Of a stretch of DNA of 64,000 bases, positions 38,267-51,060 are shown in pieces. Source of the stretch: Macrostomum lignano (Eukaryota). The stretch lies in assembly GCA_002269645.1 (NCBI GenBank), contig NIVC01000064.1, positions 248,001 to 312,000 on the forward strand, in the 5' to 3' direction. The notes under the pieces are model-generated. The model saw only the letters and a list, made by a program, of their open reading frames with translations, was not told the DNA's origin and did not search any database. Each line of letters begins with the position of its first letter. Position 1 is the first letter of the stretch. Made by a program: the position numbers and the translations under genes.

Positions 38267-40239
38267 TGTAACCGCCCTTGTCGCCTGTCCGCTCCGTAAA
38301 GAGACGAACGCATGACCAGAGGGGGCAATGACCGTAGGCTGCCTATGACCGGGCAATGACCTGACGGACCTCCAGCACCAGACTGTCCCGCCCACATAAT
38401 TGATAGCTTTGGTAGCGCTTCGTGACCAGAGGGCCAAGGACCCACATGGACCCCACCTGTAGCCAAGGTGCAATAGTTGGTCACTCGGTCATAGTATGAC
38501 CGAGTGGCTGCCACCACTCTATGTGACCTGGCGCACCTGGATCTTACTACCAGACCTCTCGAGGCTAGAGCCCCGCCTGGGATGGTTACCAGGAGATTTA
38601 GGCTAACAGGGGAGACACATGCAGCCGAGTACAGGGACTCTGCTTGGGGCATGATCGGGAGCTCTGGTCTCAATCTGGAGGATTTCTCAGCAGGGGATCC
38701 TTTGTGGCTGTGAGCGAGGCTGACTTGCGACTTTGGTTACTAAGAGTAGTATGAGACGAACATGTGCTGTCTATAGTTTAGATTGCTCAGGGCGAAGGGA
38801 CGCGTCAGCATGGGGTTGCAACCTTCCTACTGCCATTCTGTGCCAAGACTCGCTAATCCCTCTACTGCACGCACACACGGCCCCGCAGCACGCACTCACA
38901 GGCAGGCTTTGCACGGGGAGAGGCCATTAGCTTACCCAACTTCCTTATGCTTTGCCACCCCGGGAGAAAGGCTTAGCAAGCCATGGGTGAAATGATGGTG
39001 GAAGAGTGAATAATGATGAGGTTAGTTAATAGTTAATAATTAGGCCCTTAGGCAAATAATCAGGCAAGTAGGCGGCTTCACTATTGAGTAAAATACAGCA
39101 AAAGATACGGTATCACAATTGGCTCAGCTCTCTAATCAAGTAATGGCAAAATAGGCAAACCCCGGATAAGCAAAGGCGATTAGAGCACAAATTAGTAACA
39201 GGAACTTACCGGCAGCTGCACAGAGAGAGAGAGGGGCGGAGTGACCGAGGGCGGCTGTAGGCTGCAGTCAGGCAGACGGTGAAGCGGCGATGCGCTGGAG
39301 CGACGAGGCGCTGATGTAGATCAGGCGATGCTGATGATGCTGGGCGGTATCAGACCGCGGACCGGCAGGGATTCGTCTTATAGACGAATGGGTCAGAACT
39401 CAATCTGACTGCAAGTCCAAAGAAGGACGAGGAGAGGAAGAGAGGTTGAGGATTCTCATGCCGAAATCGCTTCCTTTTATAGACCTCACAGCCGCCGCTC
39501 CAAGGTCGTTTCCATGACTCCCTCTCTCTGATTGGCTGCCGGCAGAATGACGTCAGAATGAGTCAGGATGAGAAGTATGAGAACGGCATAGCAACATGAG
39601 AAATGGGAGAATTGCGCAATCCGGAGGTGGGGTGGGGGATAATTGGCGCAGCGGGAGGTCGAGAAAGTGTTGCGCAAGCAAACATTGAGAACAATGGGGC
39701 TGGGGTCGAGAACAAAGGAATTGGAAATCGGGGATAATTGGGGAGAATCGAGAACAATAGAAAAGCAAACATTGGAGAAAAGGTGATAATTAGGTGCGAA
39801 AACGAGAACAATAGAAAGAGAAAATCGGAGAAAATGTGATAATTGGTGGGGATAAAGAGAACAAAAGAATCAAAAACGAGAACAATAGAAGCGGAGGTGG
39901 GGTGGGTGTCGCATGAGAAATTTGGGGAGAAGAACAATAGCATGAGAAAAGTTTGCGCAAGAGAGGGGGATGAGTCATCGATGAATCATCGAGGGGAAGG
40001 AGGGGTCACACGACTTGCGTCACCGTTTGGGAGTTTGAGAAGGGATGGGGTGACGGTGAGCGCATAAAATACTGTAAGTAGACGCAGAGAAAGGGGGGCA
40101 GTGCAGGAAACTAGTGCAGAAAGAGACAAAAAAGAGGATAGACAGGGAAAGTACACGAAGAATAGGGCGGAAAGCAGAAGAGATAGGGTGGAGGGGGAGG
40201 CACAGAGAGGGGTAGGGAGTGTTTAGGAGATGGCTTACA
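38267..40239 (-). mobile_element. Long solo-LTR-like segment with internal Pol II promoter
   Basis: TGTAA...TTACA termini, minus-strand TATA/CCAAT/CRE/AP-1 cluster, GTAAGT donor at 39209; no TSD and no recognisable ORF. Confidence 0.45.
39475..39565 (-). promoter_or_regulatory. Candidate promoter: TATA, CCAAT, CRE, AP-1
   Basis: Minus-strand TATAAAA 39475-39481, CCAAT 39531-39535, TGACGTCA 39548-39555, TGAGTCA 39559-39565. Confidence 0.55.
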
Positions 40240-41269
40240 TGTACTTTTCATTCACCTGCGCGTAACTTTCATATCAGAGATTTTGGTATACGTACGTTTC
40301 AGCCCCAGCCACCATTATAATGTTCAGCCGCACCCACCCCATTTATTTAAAATTATTGCAATATATAGTTATCAATCTCTCCAGAGAGAGTGCGCATTCT
40401 GGTTTTTGTTCGTTTGGCTAGTAGCCGAAAAATAGTCGCTTACTGCGAAGACTCAATTTATTGCATGAACCATCAAAACAGGGAGCTCCGGAAAGGCAAG
40501 TGTGGCGGCAGGGGAGACGGAGCCAAGGCAGCAGGGGGTGCAGCAGAGCGGGAGTCTCCAGGCCTGGTCGAAGACCTGGCCGAGTCTCAACAGCTCTGTG
40601 TAGGGGGTGCACGGCGACAGGAGGCACTTTCGAAAAAGTTCACCTGCCCTATCCCGCGACCAGAGCGTGGTTACATCACTAATTGGATTTCTGCCCCCAA
40701 TGGAATAATCAGCCGCTAGGAGATATGAAATCGTTTTTTAGATTTACAACCCTCTTCTAATTATACAGAAAGCTAGTAAGTAGTATGTCGTGCACATAGC
40801 ATTTAAAAATATGTTTCTAAATTTACATTTCTTCTTTAACTAAATTGCATTGCTACTTACGACCATTTTCTTCACTAAATTGCAGCCGAACAACCTATGG
40901 GCTATAAGCAGCATCGCAATGACTCCAGACTACTGCGCCAAAGTGTGCTCTCTCGGCGGCTTCCCATACTTCGGAGTGCAGTATTATAGTCATTGCTTCT
41001 GCAGCCGGTCCTAGGGATCCCATGGACAGGCTGTGGACGAACAATGTAACACACCGTGCAAAGGCAATGCTTCGATTAACTGCGGTAGAGCGTGGCGCAA
41101 CTCGGTCTTCGCTATGCGCTACGGCTCCAGTGAGATCTAGTTGTTTTCTAAGAAATTACCTCAGTATAATTTGAATTGGAATTCATTCATTACCGACAGT
41201 TGATTACGGAATTTGAATCGATTGAAAATAAAAATTATCGATTAATCGTTGAGACATTCTACAACCTAG

Positions 41270-41507
41270 CATTCACGTCCTGCAATCCAACATCCACGCC
41301 CTGCAATCCAACATCCACGCCCTGCAATCCAACATCCACATCCTGCAATCAAACATCCACATCCTGTAATCCAACATCCACATCCTGTAATCCAACATCC
41401 ACATCCTGCAATCAAACATCCACATCCTGCATCCAAACATCCACATCCTGTAATCCAACATCCACATCCTGTAATCCAACATCCACATCCTGTAATCCAA
41501 CATCCAC
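41270..41507. repeat. 21-bp minisatellite, left part (split by EnSpm element)
   Basis: Unit CTG(C/T)AATCCAACATCCACATC; resumes at 50911. Confidence 0.93.
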
Positions 41508-41996
41508 CCCAGTGGGACTTTTCCGTCCGCCCCGATGTCCGCCCGCGCCTCCGCCCTTTTTTGGGCGACGGCCGCCCCATGGAGCTACGTGACCTCCGCC
41601 CCGGCGTCCGGGGCGGCGCCGCTGGGCGGAGCCTGATGAAATTTGCTCATAAGCCTACTATTAGTAGTAGAATTAGCACAAATTTTTTTTTTGCTGCATT
41701 CACTCAGCATTTTTTTCACGATTTTTCTGCTTTTTGGATTTTTTGATTTTGGGATATTAGCGATCACTGGCTTCGTAATTAAGGCTATTAGAATGATTCA
41801 AAGACTTGTTCGCTTCGTTTTGTTCCTACTGGTGCAGGCAACTCCGTAATGTATATTTAAGTCATAGGTAGTTCGTGTATTTTAATTATTTGCAAGTATT
41901 TTAAGGCATTAAAACATTTTATAAATAAGCGCAATAATTCTTTAAAAAAGAAATTACAAATGAATATTAGCAAAATCAGGAGTGAAGCGAGTCGGC

Positions 41997-42224
41997 AGGG
42001 GCGGATTGAGGGGGGGGGCATTAGGGCGGCCGCCCCCTATCAAAATAGCTTGATAAAAAATATTTTTTTTACCTAAGTTTAAAAACCTAAGTTTTTTGTG
42101 CATAGCTTCATTTTTTACTTTTAACACACTTTTTGCGCCCCCCTAGCTTAAAAATGGCGCCCCTCATACTCTTGATGGCGCCCCCACACTGGGACCCCCG
42201 AAATGAAATTCCAGATCCGACACT
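41997..42224. mobile_element. Possible Harbinger-like MITE nested in the EnSpm element
   Basis: AGGGGCGGAT start and AGATCCGACACT end (imperfect TIR); no TSD resolved. Confidence 0.35.
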
Positions 42225-42491
42225 TCGAGTCAGTTGTTAACTTTCCTCCACTTCAGCCAGCAACAGTAGCGGCCCGTGCAACGATCAGAAGTTTTTAATC
42301 AAATAGGGGAACAAATGAACAAATGAACGATGTGAGGTCCCCCACCCTATTTTACCGACTTGAAACCCCGGACCTATGCGTATCTATGCATAACTAAGCA
42401 GCAACTCTTCTAAGCTCAGTATCTTACAAAAGCACCTTAATTAGCCTATAGGCTTTCACATTTCTGATACTATTTTAACTATATTACGCAT

Positions 42492-44846
42492 TTAATCGTC
42501 ACTGTAGTCGGAAGGACACCGAAACTCATCGTCACTCGACCCCATCAAATCATCCATTTCTCGAACAGCTCTGTTTACATTCGCACTGCGGCGCTTTGCT
42601 GCCCTCTGCTGCTGAGTAGGAGCTGGCCGCTTCTGGGCCCGCTGCGGCGTAGCAGATGTGGTGGCCTGCGAAAGCCCGCTGGCTTGTGGAGTCGAGGCTG
42701 CGCTTCTTGCGCTGATTGAATTTGATGGCGTCATGGCACCGATTGTGTTGCGGCGATGCGACCGCCCCGAGATTCGGTCAGCTCCGTGCCTCAGGTACTG
42801 CCGCACTTGGCTAGCGACCAGATCCTGAGACGGCCTGCCGTCCTCCGCTCTGGTGCCGTAAATTGCTGAGACGGCATCTGCAATTCCAACAAGGGATGCA
42901 AAATAGGTCGATAACTATACAAGATTGTGGTATAAAATGACTATATCCGTGTAAAATAAGCATTATAATTATAATTGTTTTTATGGGTTACAGATTGCAA
43001 GAAGGGTTAGCTGCATTTAGCTTAATAACAGAATATCGTACCTTGGATGTAGCCCAAAAACTTGGATTGAAACGCGAGCTCCCGATCGGATAGCTCCGTG
43101 GCTGCACCAGACTGGCACACCCTGTTCCGCATGCCCTGTCCATTGAAATTGACAAGTGCTTGCAGTCGGGGCGTCAGGATGACATTGACCATGTCGGTGA
43201 CTGCAGTTGCCCAATCTCCGCGCCGGCATAGACGGAGATGATTAATCTGAGGGAAGTGACAGTAAGTTGGGTTCCAGCTTAATTTCGATTAATATAGAAA
43301 CGAAACTACTTTTACTACTTACTCCTCAGAAGCAGTAGCAAGTAGGGGAATTTTTTAATTAAAATAGGTTAACACTGAAACTTACCAAAGTCAAAACTCG
43401 CTCAGAAGGCAAATCAGCGAGGAAGCGAGCATACTCCTCCAGTGAACTCAGAGGTTCAAACAGCAAGCTGGCTGATTGCCCTGCCCGCTGATCCAGACGG
43501 GCCTGAATTCCAGCCAGTATGTTGATTATCTGCTGCTGGCTTTCCTCCAGTTTCATTGTCCGCTGGACCAGCTCTCGCAGCTGAGATACATGGAGGAATA
43601 CGAGGCCGTCAGCGGAATTTAAGGGCATTGGCGCAATAGACTGAAGCTGTTCTTGCAGCCTCTTGATTGGGCCCGGCCCGAACTGCAAGCGGACTGGCCG
43701 ATCGTCTGTGCCAGCAGCAGGTGTGCCAGCATCAGCAGCAGTGCTCAGTAGAGTTTTTTGAATCGTCGACGCCTCTGCAGCTGCCTTTGCCGCTTCCGCT
43801 TTTGCCACTGCCGCCTTCGCTGCTGCCGCCTTCGCCGCCGCCGCCTGTGCTGCTTTTGCCGCTGCCGCTTCCGCCGCTGCCGCTTCCGCCGCTGCCGCTT
43901 CCGCCGCTATCGCTTCGGCCGCTGCCGCTTCCGCCGCTGCCCTTCGGCCGCTGCCGCTTCCGCCGCTGCCGCTTCCGCCGCTGCCGCTTCCGCCGCTGCC
44001 GCTTCCGCCGCTGCCGCTTCCGCCGCTGCCGCTTCGGGCGCTGCCGCTTCTGCCGCTAAAGCCTCCGCAGCTGCGGCTGTGGAGGCCGCACTTTTAGAGG
44101 CTTCGATCTCTTTCGCTGCCGCAACCGCTGCTGGGGTCTCTGCGTTTCTAGCAGCAGCAAATGCCGGTGGAAGTGGCGGCAATGCAGAGCCTTTCGAAAT
44201 CGTCGAATTCGTCGTGGCAACAAATTCAGCATCAGACTCCGGATCGCTTTGAAAGAAATCATCCGTGTTTGAGGCTGATCCAGTTGCCTCATTCTAAATA
44301 GGAGGATGTGGAAGGCAAACTACTCACTGAACCACTCATCCACTGACTCACCCACATACTGACCCACTAGTTGACTTGGAATAACAGCTTACCCTTATTT
44401 GATAACGGCTGCGGGCCCTTCTCCAATCTTCGCGGGTGAAGACGCGTGGCTGCACTTTCTCTAGTACATCGGCTAGCCGTTTCTTCTTCCTAATTAATTC
44501 TCTTGCGTAGCTGAAGCTGCTGGCCTCCAGACAGTCTTCCATAATAACCTAAAATGATTTGTAGGTTATTTCTTGAATTTTTATGCATCAATTTCATTAG
44601 TTCATTTTTTTTAAAATCACCGAAAATCAGAAAATCAATAAAATATTGTTAAATTCTTACCTGAACAATGTAAGCTTCGTAATACTTTTCGTTGTACAGC
44701 ACTTCACATTTCCATTTTAATGTACAATGGCTCCTATCGAGCCACTCCTGCTCTGTCAGATTTTTTAGATGTGAAGGCAGAATCACATCCTCTTCCATCA
44801 TCTCAACTACTTGTCTGTCAATTGCAAAAACAACTAAAAATTTCAT
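42492..44846 (-). CDS. EnSpm accessory ORF2 (DUF4806-like), 5 exons, one frameshift
   Basis: Exons 44846-44661, 44548-44393, 44293-43386, 43246-43042, 42877-42492, all GT-AG. 1-bp deletion near 43941 in the (EAAAA)n repeat; C-terminal LVNFNGQG and VRQYLRHGADR motifs. Domain name is from recalled motifs, not a search. Confidence 0.75.
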
Positions 44847-45176
44847 TTTTAAACTTAAAAAATGATTTTTTGGATTGACAAAGCACGCAGATCGCACGAC
44901 AATTGCACGGGGGAAGGTAGTAGAGCAGTTGGAAGTTAAGAAGACAAGTCATAGTTTCAAATATCGGGGTGGCAGTGGCACCATTCAGCAAATTAGCCAA
45001 TGGGATCCGATTGCGGTTGGCCCGCCCTTTCGCTGGATTGGCTAAGCGCTCAGTGCGGGCGATGGCAGAGTGTTGGTGTTGTTCATCTTACAATTTTGAT
45101 TAGAAATTCTTGATCATTCAAATTTGATTATTTGTTTAAAATTTTATTGAACGAAACGGAAACGTAATTATACGTC
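44847..45176. promoter_or_regulatory. Candidate bidirectional promoter of the EnSpm element
   Basis: 330 bp between divergent ATGs; CCAAT 44997-45001, GC box CCCGCCC 45021-45027, ATTGG 45037-45041. Confidence 0.55.
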
Positions 45177-47141
45177 ATGGCATCAAGGAGCAAACGAAGA
45201 AGAGCGGATGATTTCCTAATGACTAGGTTTCTCCGGGACGATGTCGGCTATGGCAAAGCAATGCCTGAAGCTAGCCCTGTAGAAGTTGATGTCACGGAGG
45301 AGCCGACAGAAACTGCTGAAGTTGAGGAAGAAGAAGCTGGCTTTGATGAGCTTCGGTCGTTGAGCAGCACTGACGATGAAGAGGAAGAGAAACCCCAGGA
45401 TATTCGCTCAACAGAGAAGAAACTGCTGGACTTGCTGGTCAGTTTCTTCACCATCTTTGGCTATTCCAGACCAGCGGCTATTTTCCTACTGGCCGGACTT
45501 CGTGCGATTGATTTGCCAGCACCTAACTATAAAACAGTCGAGCGAATTCTGAAAGAAGATCAACCCACTGGAAAGACAACTCCAATGGGCAATGGACACT
45601 TCCGGTATGTGTCGATTCTTGATAACCTGCAGTTGCTGCTCAGCCAAGGTCTGCTGCGACTGATGCCCGAGAATGAGCACCGTGATGATCAAAGTTCCAC
45701 TCCTAAAGTGTTTAAGTTCGAAGGAATCGTCAATTGCGATGGTTTACCACTCTACCATTCGAGTGGATTCGGACTGTGGCCTATTTTAATGAAAATTCCT
45801 GGCGCATTCGCAAAGCCTTTTCCGGTGGGAGTTTGGGCCGGCGTTGGAAAACCTCCACTTTTGCCCTACCTTCAAGAATTTTGCCAAGAGGCCACAAAAT
45901 TTCTTTCTGGTCCTGTCACAATTAGTAAAGACGTCTCCATTACTCTATCAACAATTTATTTCGTTTGCGACGCCCCCGCCCGAGCATTTTTAATGGCAAC
46001 CTTGAATCACAACTCCTATCATGGCTGCAGCTATTGCCGAGCGGTAGGGCCTCGTGTTGCAAACCGTGTGACTTATGCACTGACGGCTGGAGAAAGCCGC
46101 TGCGGAAAGATCTATCGCGCAGGGATGGAGAGGAACCAGGAAACAAAAAGCAGGATTCGTTCTCCGCTACTGGATTTGCCGAGCATAGATTTTGTCACGT
46201 CTTTTCCTCTTGATTATCAGCATGCTGTTTGTCTTGGTGTTGTTCGCAAGCTAATGAACTTATACTTTGGCAAAGGACCAGCCGGTGAATGCAAGCTTAA
46301 TCCGACACAGTTGCGCCGAATGTCGGATAAGATCACTTTGGTTGCTTCGTGGACACCGTCAGAGTTTCAGAGACGGCCTCGGCGAATTGATATAAACTTA
46401 CAGTACATGAAAGCAACAGAATTTCGCCAATTTTTACTTTATTTGGGACCGATTCTGTTTCGAGGCTTCGTGCAGGAAAAATATATTAATCATTTCTTGC
46501 TTCTGCACTTTGCTCTATATGTCTACTCTGATAGGCGGCTGATCGACTTGTATGACCACGCTAAAAAATGTATTGAAGAATTCGTATTAAAAACAGCGGA
46601 ACTTTTTGGACAGCAGTCCGTTAGTTATAACATTCATGCTTTGCTTCATTTAGATCAGTTCGTGCGGCAACACGCAGATATTAATTACTTCTCAACGTTT
46701 GCATTTGAAAACTATCTGGGTGCAGTGAAGCGAAGCATTAAAGTCACAAGGCACCTTGCAGCCCATTGCGTCCAACAAGTTTTTAAGGTGAGAAAGCAAA
46801 CGCTGCTTCAAAACCACAGCATTCCGGCACTAAGATACCGGCCGACAGCAAGTGACAACTGCTGTTTTGTCGATGAAACCTGCAATACGTGCGTCTACAT
46901 CGACAGCCTTTCAGCAAGTGGACTAGTTTCTGGCAGGATTCTTCTTCCCGAGAGTGACGTTTACTCGTACCCATACGAATCCCTCACGCTTGGAATTGGG
47001 ATTTACCGCCTTACATCGATTGTCACTAGTGGTGTGCCGCAACGCAAATGCTGGATTTGGCCTTCAAAAAATCTGGATACCGAAGCAACTGACGCAGAAA
47101 GTCGTTTCCACGTTGTGCCTCTAACGGGCGACAGGGATTAG
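45177..47141 (+). CDS. EnSpm/CMC-type DDE transposase, 654 aa, uninterrupted ORF
   Basis: Motifs VNCDGLP, FVCDAPARAFL..HNSYHGCSYC, PLDYQHAVCLGV, KATEFRQFLLY, YNIHALLHL, FAFENYLG. Confidence 0.9.
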   Translation: MASRSKRRRADDFLMTRFLRDDVGYGKAMPEASPVEVDVTEEPTETAEVEEEEAGFDELRSLSSTDDEEEEKPQDIRSTEKKLLDLLVSFFTIFGYSRPAAIFLLAGLRAIDLPAPNYKTVERILKEDQPTGKTTPMGNGHFRYVSILDNLQLLLSQGLLRLMPENEHRDDQSSTPKVFKFEGIVNCDGLPLYHSSGFGLWPILMKIPGAFAKPFPVGVWAGVGKPPLLPYLQEFCQEATKFLSGPVTISKDVSITLSTIYFVCDAPARAFLMATLNHNSYHGCSYCRAVGPRVANRVTYALTAGESRCGKIYRAGMERNQETKSRIRSPLLDLPSIDFVTSFPLDYQHAVCLGVVRKLMNLYFGKGPAGECKLNPTQLRRMSDKITLVASWTPSEFQRRPRRIDINLQYMKATEFRQFLLYLGPILFRGFVQEKYINHFLLLHFALYVYSDRRLIDLYDHAKKCIEEFVLKTAELFGQQSVSYNIHALLHLDQFVRQHADINYFSTFAFENYLGAVKRSIKVTRHLAAHCVQQVFKVRKQTLLQNHSIPALRYRPTASDNCCFVDETCNTCVYIDSLSASGLVSGRILLPESDVYSYPYESLTLGIGIYRLTSIVTSGVPQRKCWIWPSKNLDTEATDAESRFHVVPLTGDRD

Positions 47142-48624
47142 ATTAGATATGAACTGATTCGTAAGTCAATTTTAACCCAACGTTTTTTTTTCAAGGTTTC
47201 TAAACAAGTGTATTGCCTAACTTATTGAAACTCGTATCATTTCCCACAGCTGTTTTGGAATCATCGATCAGCTGCTTTGATTTCTCGACTCCGCCTCGCA
47301 GGGCTCGCATGCATCTACCGAAAAAAACTACTAGCTTATTCGACTGTGAACTGGCAATATCAATACACAAAGACAGACTGAAACATCGAGAACGCTAGAC
47401 TGTTTTTTTCTCTGTTCTGCTTTGCTCTCTTTGTTTTGATTTGTTGAACCAAGATTTATAGCTATATAGCTAATAGAAATCGTGGGACCCATTTTATTCA
47501 TGGTCTGTGAACCCTGCTGGCCTGGACATGCCTGGATCAAACAGAGGCTCGAAATAAGCTTTTTTCTTATGGGGGTGGGGTATAAAGAGACAGAGGCAGC
47601 TGTTGTGGCCATAAAAAATGTCGGCTCGACAGGCTTTGAGTTGCTCCTCTACACGATATATCTCTCTCGCAATTCAGTTCGAAATAAAATTGATACATAC
47701 TTCCCCACCAACACACTGCCCGCTTCTTTGCTATCTATCAAACAGGCCTTTTCTGTTCGAACTCAGTCTCCCATAAAGTAAACAACTATATAACTTAGAA
47801 GCAGGTCTGTGGGCTAGAACTGAGCTAAAATCTATCTGCTTCCATGAATGGCTTCGAAAAGGAACACTTTTGGCGCAGCCAGAAATTTGAATCCACTTGG
47901 AGAGTGGAGGGAGTGGGCCTGTACAATATCGAAAATATACGATTCCCCATTCCCTTGCATTTTCTGTATCCCCTGTCACCCTTTTGCTGCGTTAACACCA
48001 GTACACCAGTGAATAGAGAGGCCAGCTAAATTTCCAAGACACTACAGATCCGAACCGTCAAGAGAGCTTTTTTCTGAAAATAAAGTTCGTTCATTTCTTG
48101 ACACTGAGTTAGGTGTGTCAATAATTTCAGCATTAACGACAGTTAGATTTATCAAATTTGAGTGTTGAGAACTATGTGTTTGAATAATTAAACTAACTTT
48201 TTATCAATATGTTTCATTAACTGGTTACTAACTCTTTTAAGGCTTATTAAGCCGTTAATACCCATGTGAATGTTACAGTAACTATATTTTTTACGTTTTA
48301 ATTACAAAGTTTAGCCTTTCAACAACAACGCTTAATCTGTTTTGCATACTTGTCCTGTCTTACATTTACTACAATGAACAACAGTATCTGCTTGTAACTA
48401 TCTATACTTCGAGATTTGTGTGTCGTCTGAAACGAAAGAGTTGATATTTTTAGCGTGAGTTACAAACGTACAAATATTAAAAACTCAATAAAAATTTACA
48501 ACCGCAACAAATTCACGGGGCGCTTTCATTAGGCAAAAATTTCACTTTGCCGAAAAGCACTCTCTTTCACTAGGCCGAACCTTATGTACCTCGTAAGAGC
48601 GTGCTCGGCAATGTGAAGTTCCTC

Positions 48625-49060
48625 TATCCTCTCTACCCTCTCTCCTTTCTACCCTCTCTTCTCTACCCTCTCTTCTCTACCCTCTCTCTTCTCTACCCTC
48701 TCTCCTCTCTACCCTCTCTTCTCTACCCTCTCTTCTCTACCCTCTCTCTTCTCTACCCTCTCTTTTCTCTACCCTCTCTCTTCTCTACCCTCTCTCTTCT
48801 CTACCATCTCTCCTCTCTACCCTCTCTTCTCTACCCTCTCTCTTCTCTACCCTCTCTCTTCTCTACCCTCTCTCTTCTCTACCCTCTCTCTTCTCTACCC
48901 TCTCTCCTCTCTACCCTCTCCTCTCTACCCTCTCTCTTCTCTACCCTCTCTCTTCTCTACCCTCTCTCCTCTCTACCCTCTCTTCTCTACCCTCTCTCTT
49001 TTCTACCCTCTCTCCTCTCTACCCTTCTCCTCTCTACCCTCTCTCCTCTCTCCCTATTTC
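48625..49060. repeat. CT-rich 16-20-bp minisatellite inside the EnSpm element
   Basis: Core CTCTACCCTCTC; a GA-rich tract follows at ~49560-49850. Confidence 0.85.
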
Positions 49061-50910
49061 TTCTTTCTCTTCCTTCTCTCCTCTCCTCCCTCTCTCCCTT
49101 CTCTCGTCTCTTCCCTCTTTTCTCCTCTTGTCTTCTTTCTTATCTCATCTCTCTCTGTCTCTCATGTCTCATGAGCTTGCACTGGATTTTTCATCTGGCC
49201 CTTGAGGAAAAAAGTTTGCCAGCCTCTGGGTTAAAGCTTTGAGTCAGCTTTGCTTCTCGCAGCGCAGCACAGCGAGCCAATAGGTCGGATTACCTAGCTC
49301 TTACTTCCCTGGCCAATTTAGACTGCCATAACTTTGCCCCAAATAAATATATTTATTTCAAACTTGAGTCGATTGCGCCTTGATATGTTTTCTGTCTAAA
49401 CATGGAGTCTCAGCTTCATAACTCAATCAACAACAACAACAACAACAAAATACTCAATAACTCAATCAGGACAGGACAGAAACTATGAGCATGTGAAGTT
49501 TGCCTGATTTTTATCTATTCTTTCGCCTGTGGAGTAGTAGAGCAGTTAGAGAAAACAGGGAAACATAGAAAGCTATAGAAAACAGAGGGAGAGAGAAGAG
49601 ATGAAAAAGCAGTAGACAAGAAGACAGATAGAGCAGCAGAGAGGACAGATGAAAGGGATGCAGGGCAGATGCAAGAGAGGGAGGATGAAAAAAGGGTACA
49701 GCGGAAGAGAAGACCGGGATAACAGAGTGAGAGTATAGACAGATCGAAGGGGGGAGAACAGTGTGAACAAAGGAGAGAGGAGAGTAGACAGATAGAAGGG
49801 ACTGAGGAATAGGTTGAGAGAGGACAGATGGAGAGAAAAAGAGACAGTAGAATCTTGCTTAAATAAACCGACGGAATCGAAATCGTAGACCTTGTTTGGT
49901 TTTTCCTAACTTCCATTGCACTAGCTATTTAAATATTTTTTGTTAGATTTTAAATCAAAGAAGCAAAAGAGATACAGGGTTCCAAATTCTGTGGGTTTAA
50001 ATTCCAGATGTTAAAGCAGCGTGTTTTCACCAAAACAAATATATAAATAATCAATAGTTAGTTTTGCCTGCAGAGAAATATCCAAGCTGCGCAACGGCAT
50101 CCAGGAATAAAAAATCTGCGATTTTAGTGGACACTACTCAAAGCTGTAACAGCTGCTGCAGCATTTTTCAGATCATTGATTATGGATTTCTGGCCAACAG
50201 GAACAGCATGAAGTCAAGCATTGCAGACACTACTCGTAGTTTCACCCAGTGAGGAGCACTTAATTCTACTTCTAAGGGGCATTTTAAGCCGGCATGTTCG
50301 ATCAGCAGGTTTAGCAGCAATTAAAAATAGATGGCAAAGACAAGCTCACTTTCTAAAAGCGCAAATATTTAATATTTATCGTCTATTTGATGCTTTTAAT
50401 CTTCTTTCGACTGCAAACAAAAATTTGTTCTCGGGGGCCTGCAACTCTACGCTACTAAAAGTAGTCTGATGCGCATTTAAATTTTTATGAAACTCTACAC
50501 ATCTTTCCGGAAAAATAATTTCACAATGTTGGCACTAGGCAACAGCAAATATTTCCCTAACGTTTATTGTAAAGAGTAGTCACCTATTATTGTGATAAAA
50601 AACGGTTCTCCCGCTAAGCTGTAAGGGCAATGCTATTAAATAAAGCTGCCTGGAACATGAAACATGCCAAATTTAGGTTGCCGCCTCATAGGCCGCCGGG
50701 CGATCACCGGGCGGCTTCGATTAGGATTTAAAAAATCGTACTTATTAAGGCGAAATAAAGTATCACGATTACAAAATCACAATTTCTCATTGAAAAATCA
50801 GATCATCCTTCATTGTAAAGTGAAAATAAAAATATTTACTGACTGCCCTCACAGGCGGTCGCGAGGGCGCACACCGCCCACTGTACGCCCCACTTTGTTG
50901 TCCCACTGGG

Positions 50911-51060
50911 ACGTCCTGCAATCCAACATCCATATCCTGCAATCCAACATCCACATCCTGCAATCCAACATCCACATCCTGTAATCCAACATCCACGCCC
51001 TGAAATCCAAAATCTACGTCCTGCAATGCAACATCCACGCCCTGCAATCCAACATCCACC
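50911..51060. repeat. 21-bp minisatellite, right part
   Basis: Same unit as 41270-41507. Confidence 0.93.

Larger units (their letters stand above)
41508..50910. mobile_element. Complete EnSpm/CMC DNA transposon, 9403 bp
   Basis: Perfect TIR CCCAGTGGGAC / GTCCCACTGGG, 2-bp TSD AC (41506-07, 50911-12), same minisatellite on both flanks, transposase plus second gene inside. Confidence 0.9.

Noticed and set aside
38213-38713. ORFs as DIRS/tyrosine-recombinase or gag fragments
   Set aside because: No convincing RHRY, RT or zinc-knuckle motifs in the frames examined.
43667-44252. Plus-strand Pro-rich, RCRFR and Ala-rich ORFs
   Set aside because: Antisense shadows of the (EAAAA)n repeat in EnSpm ORF2.
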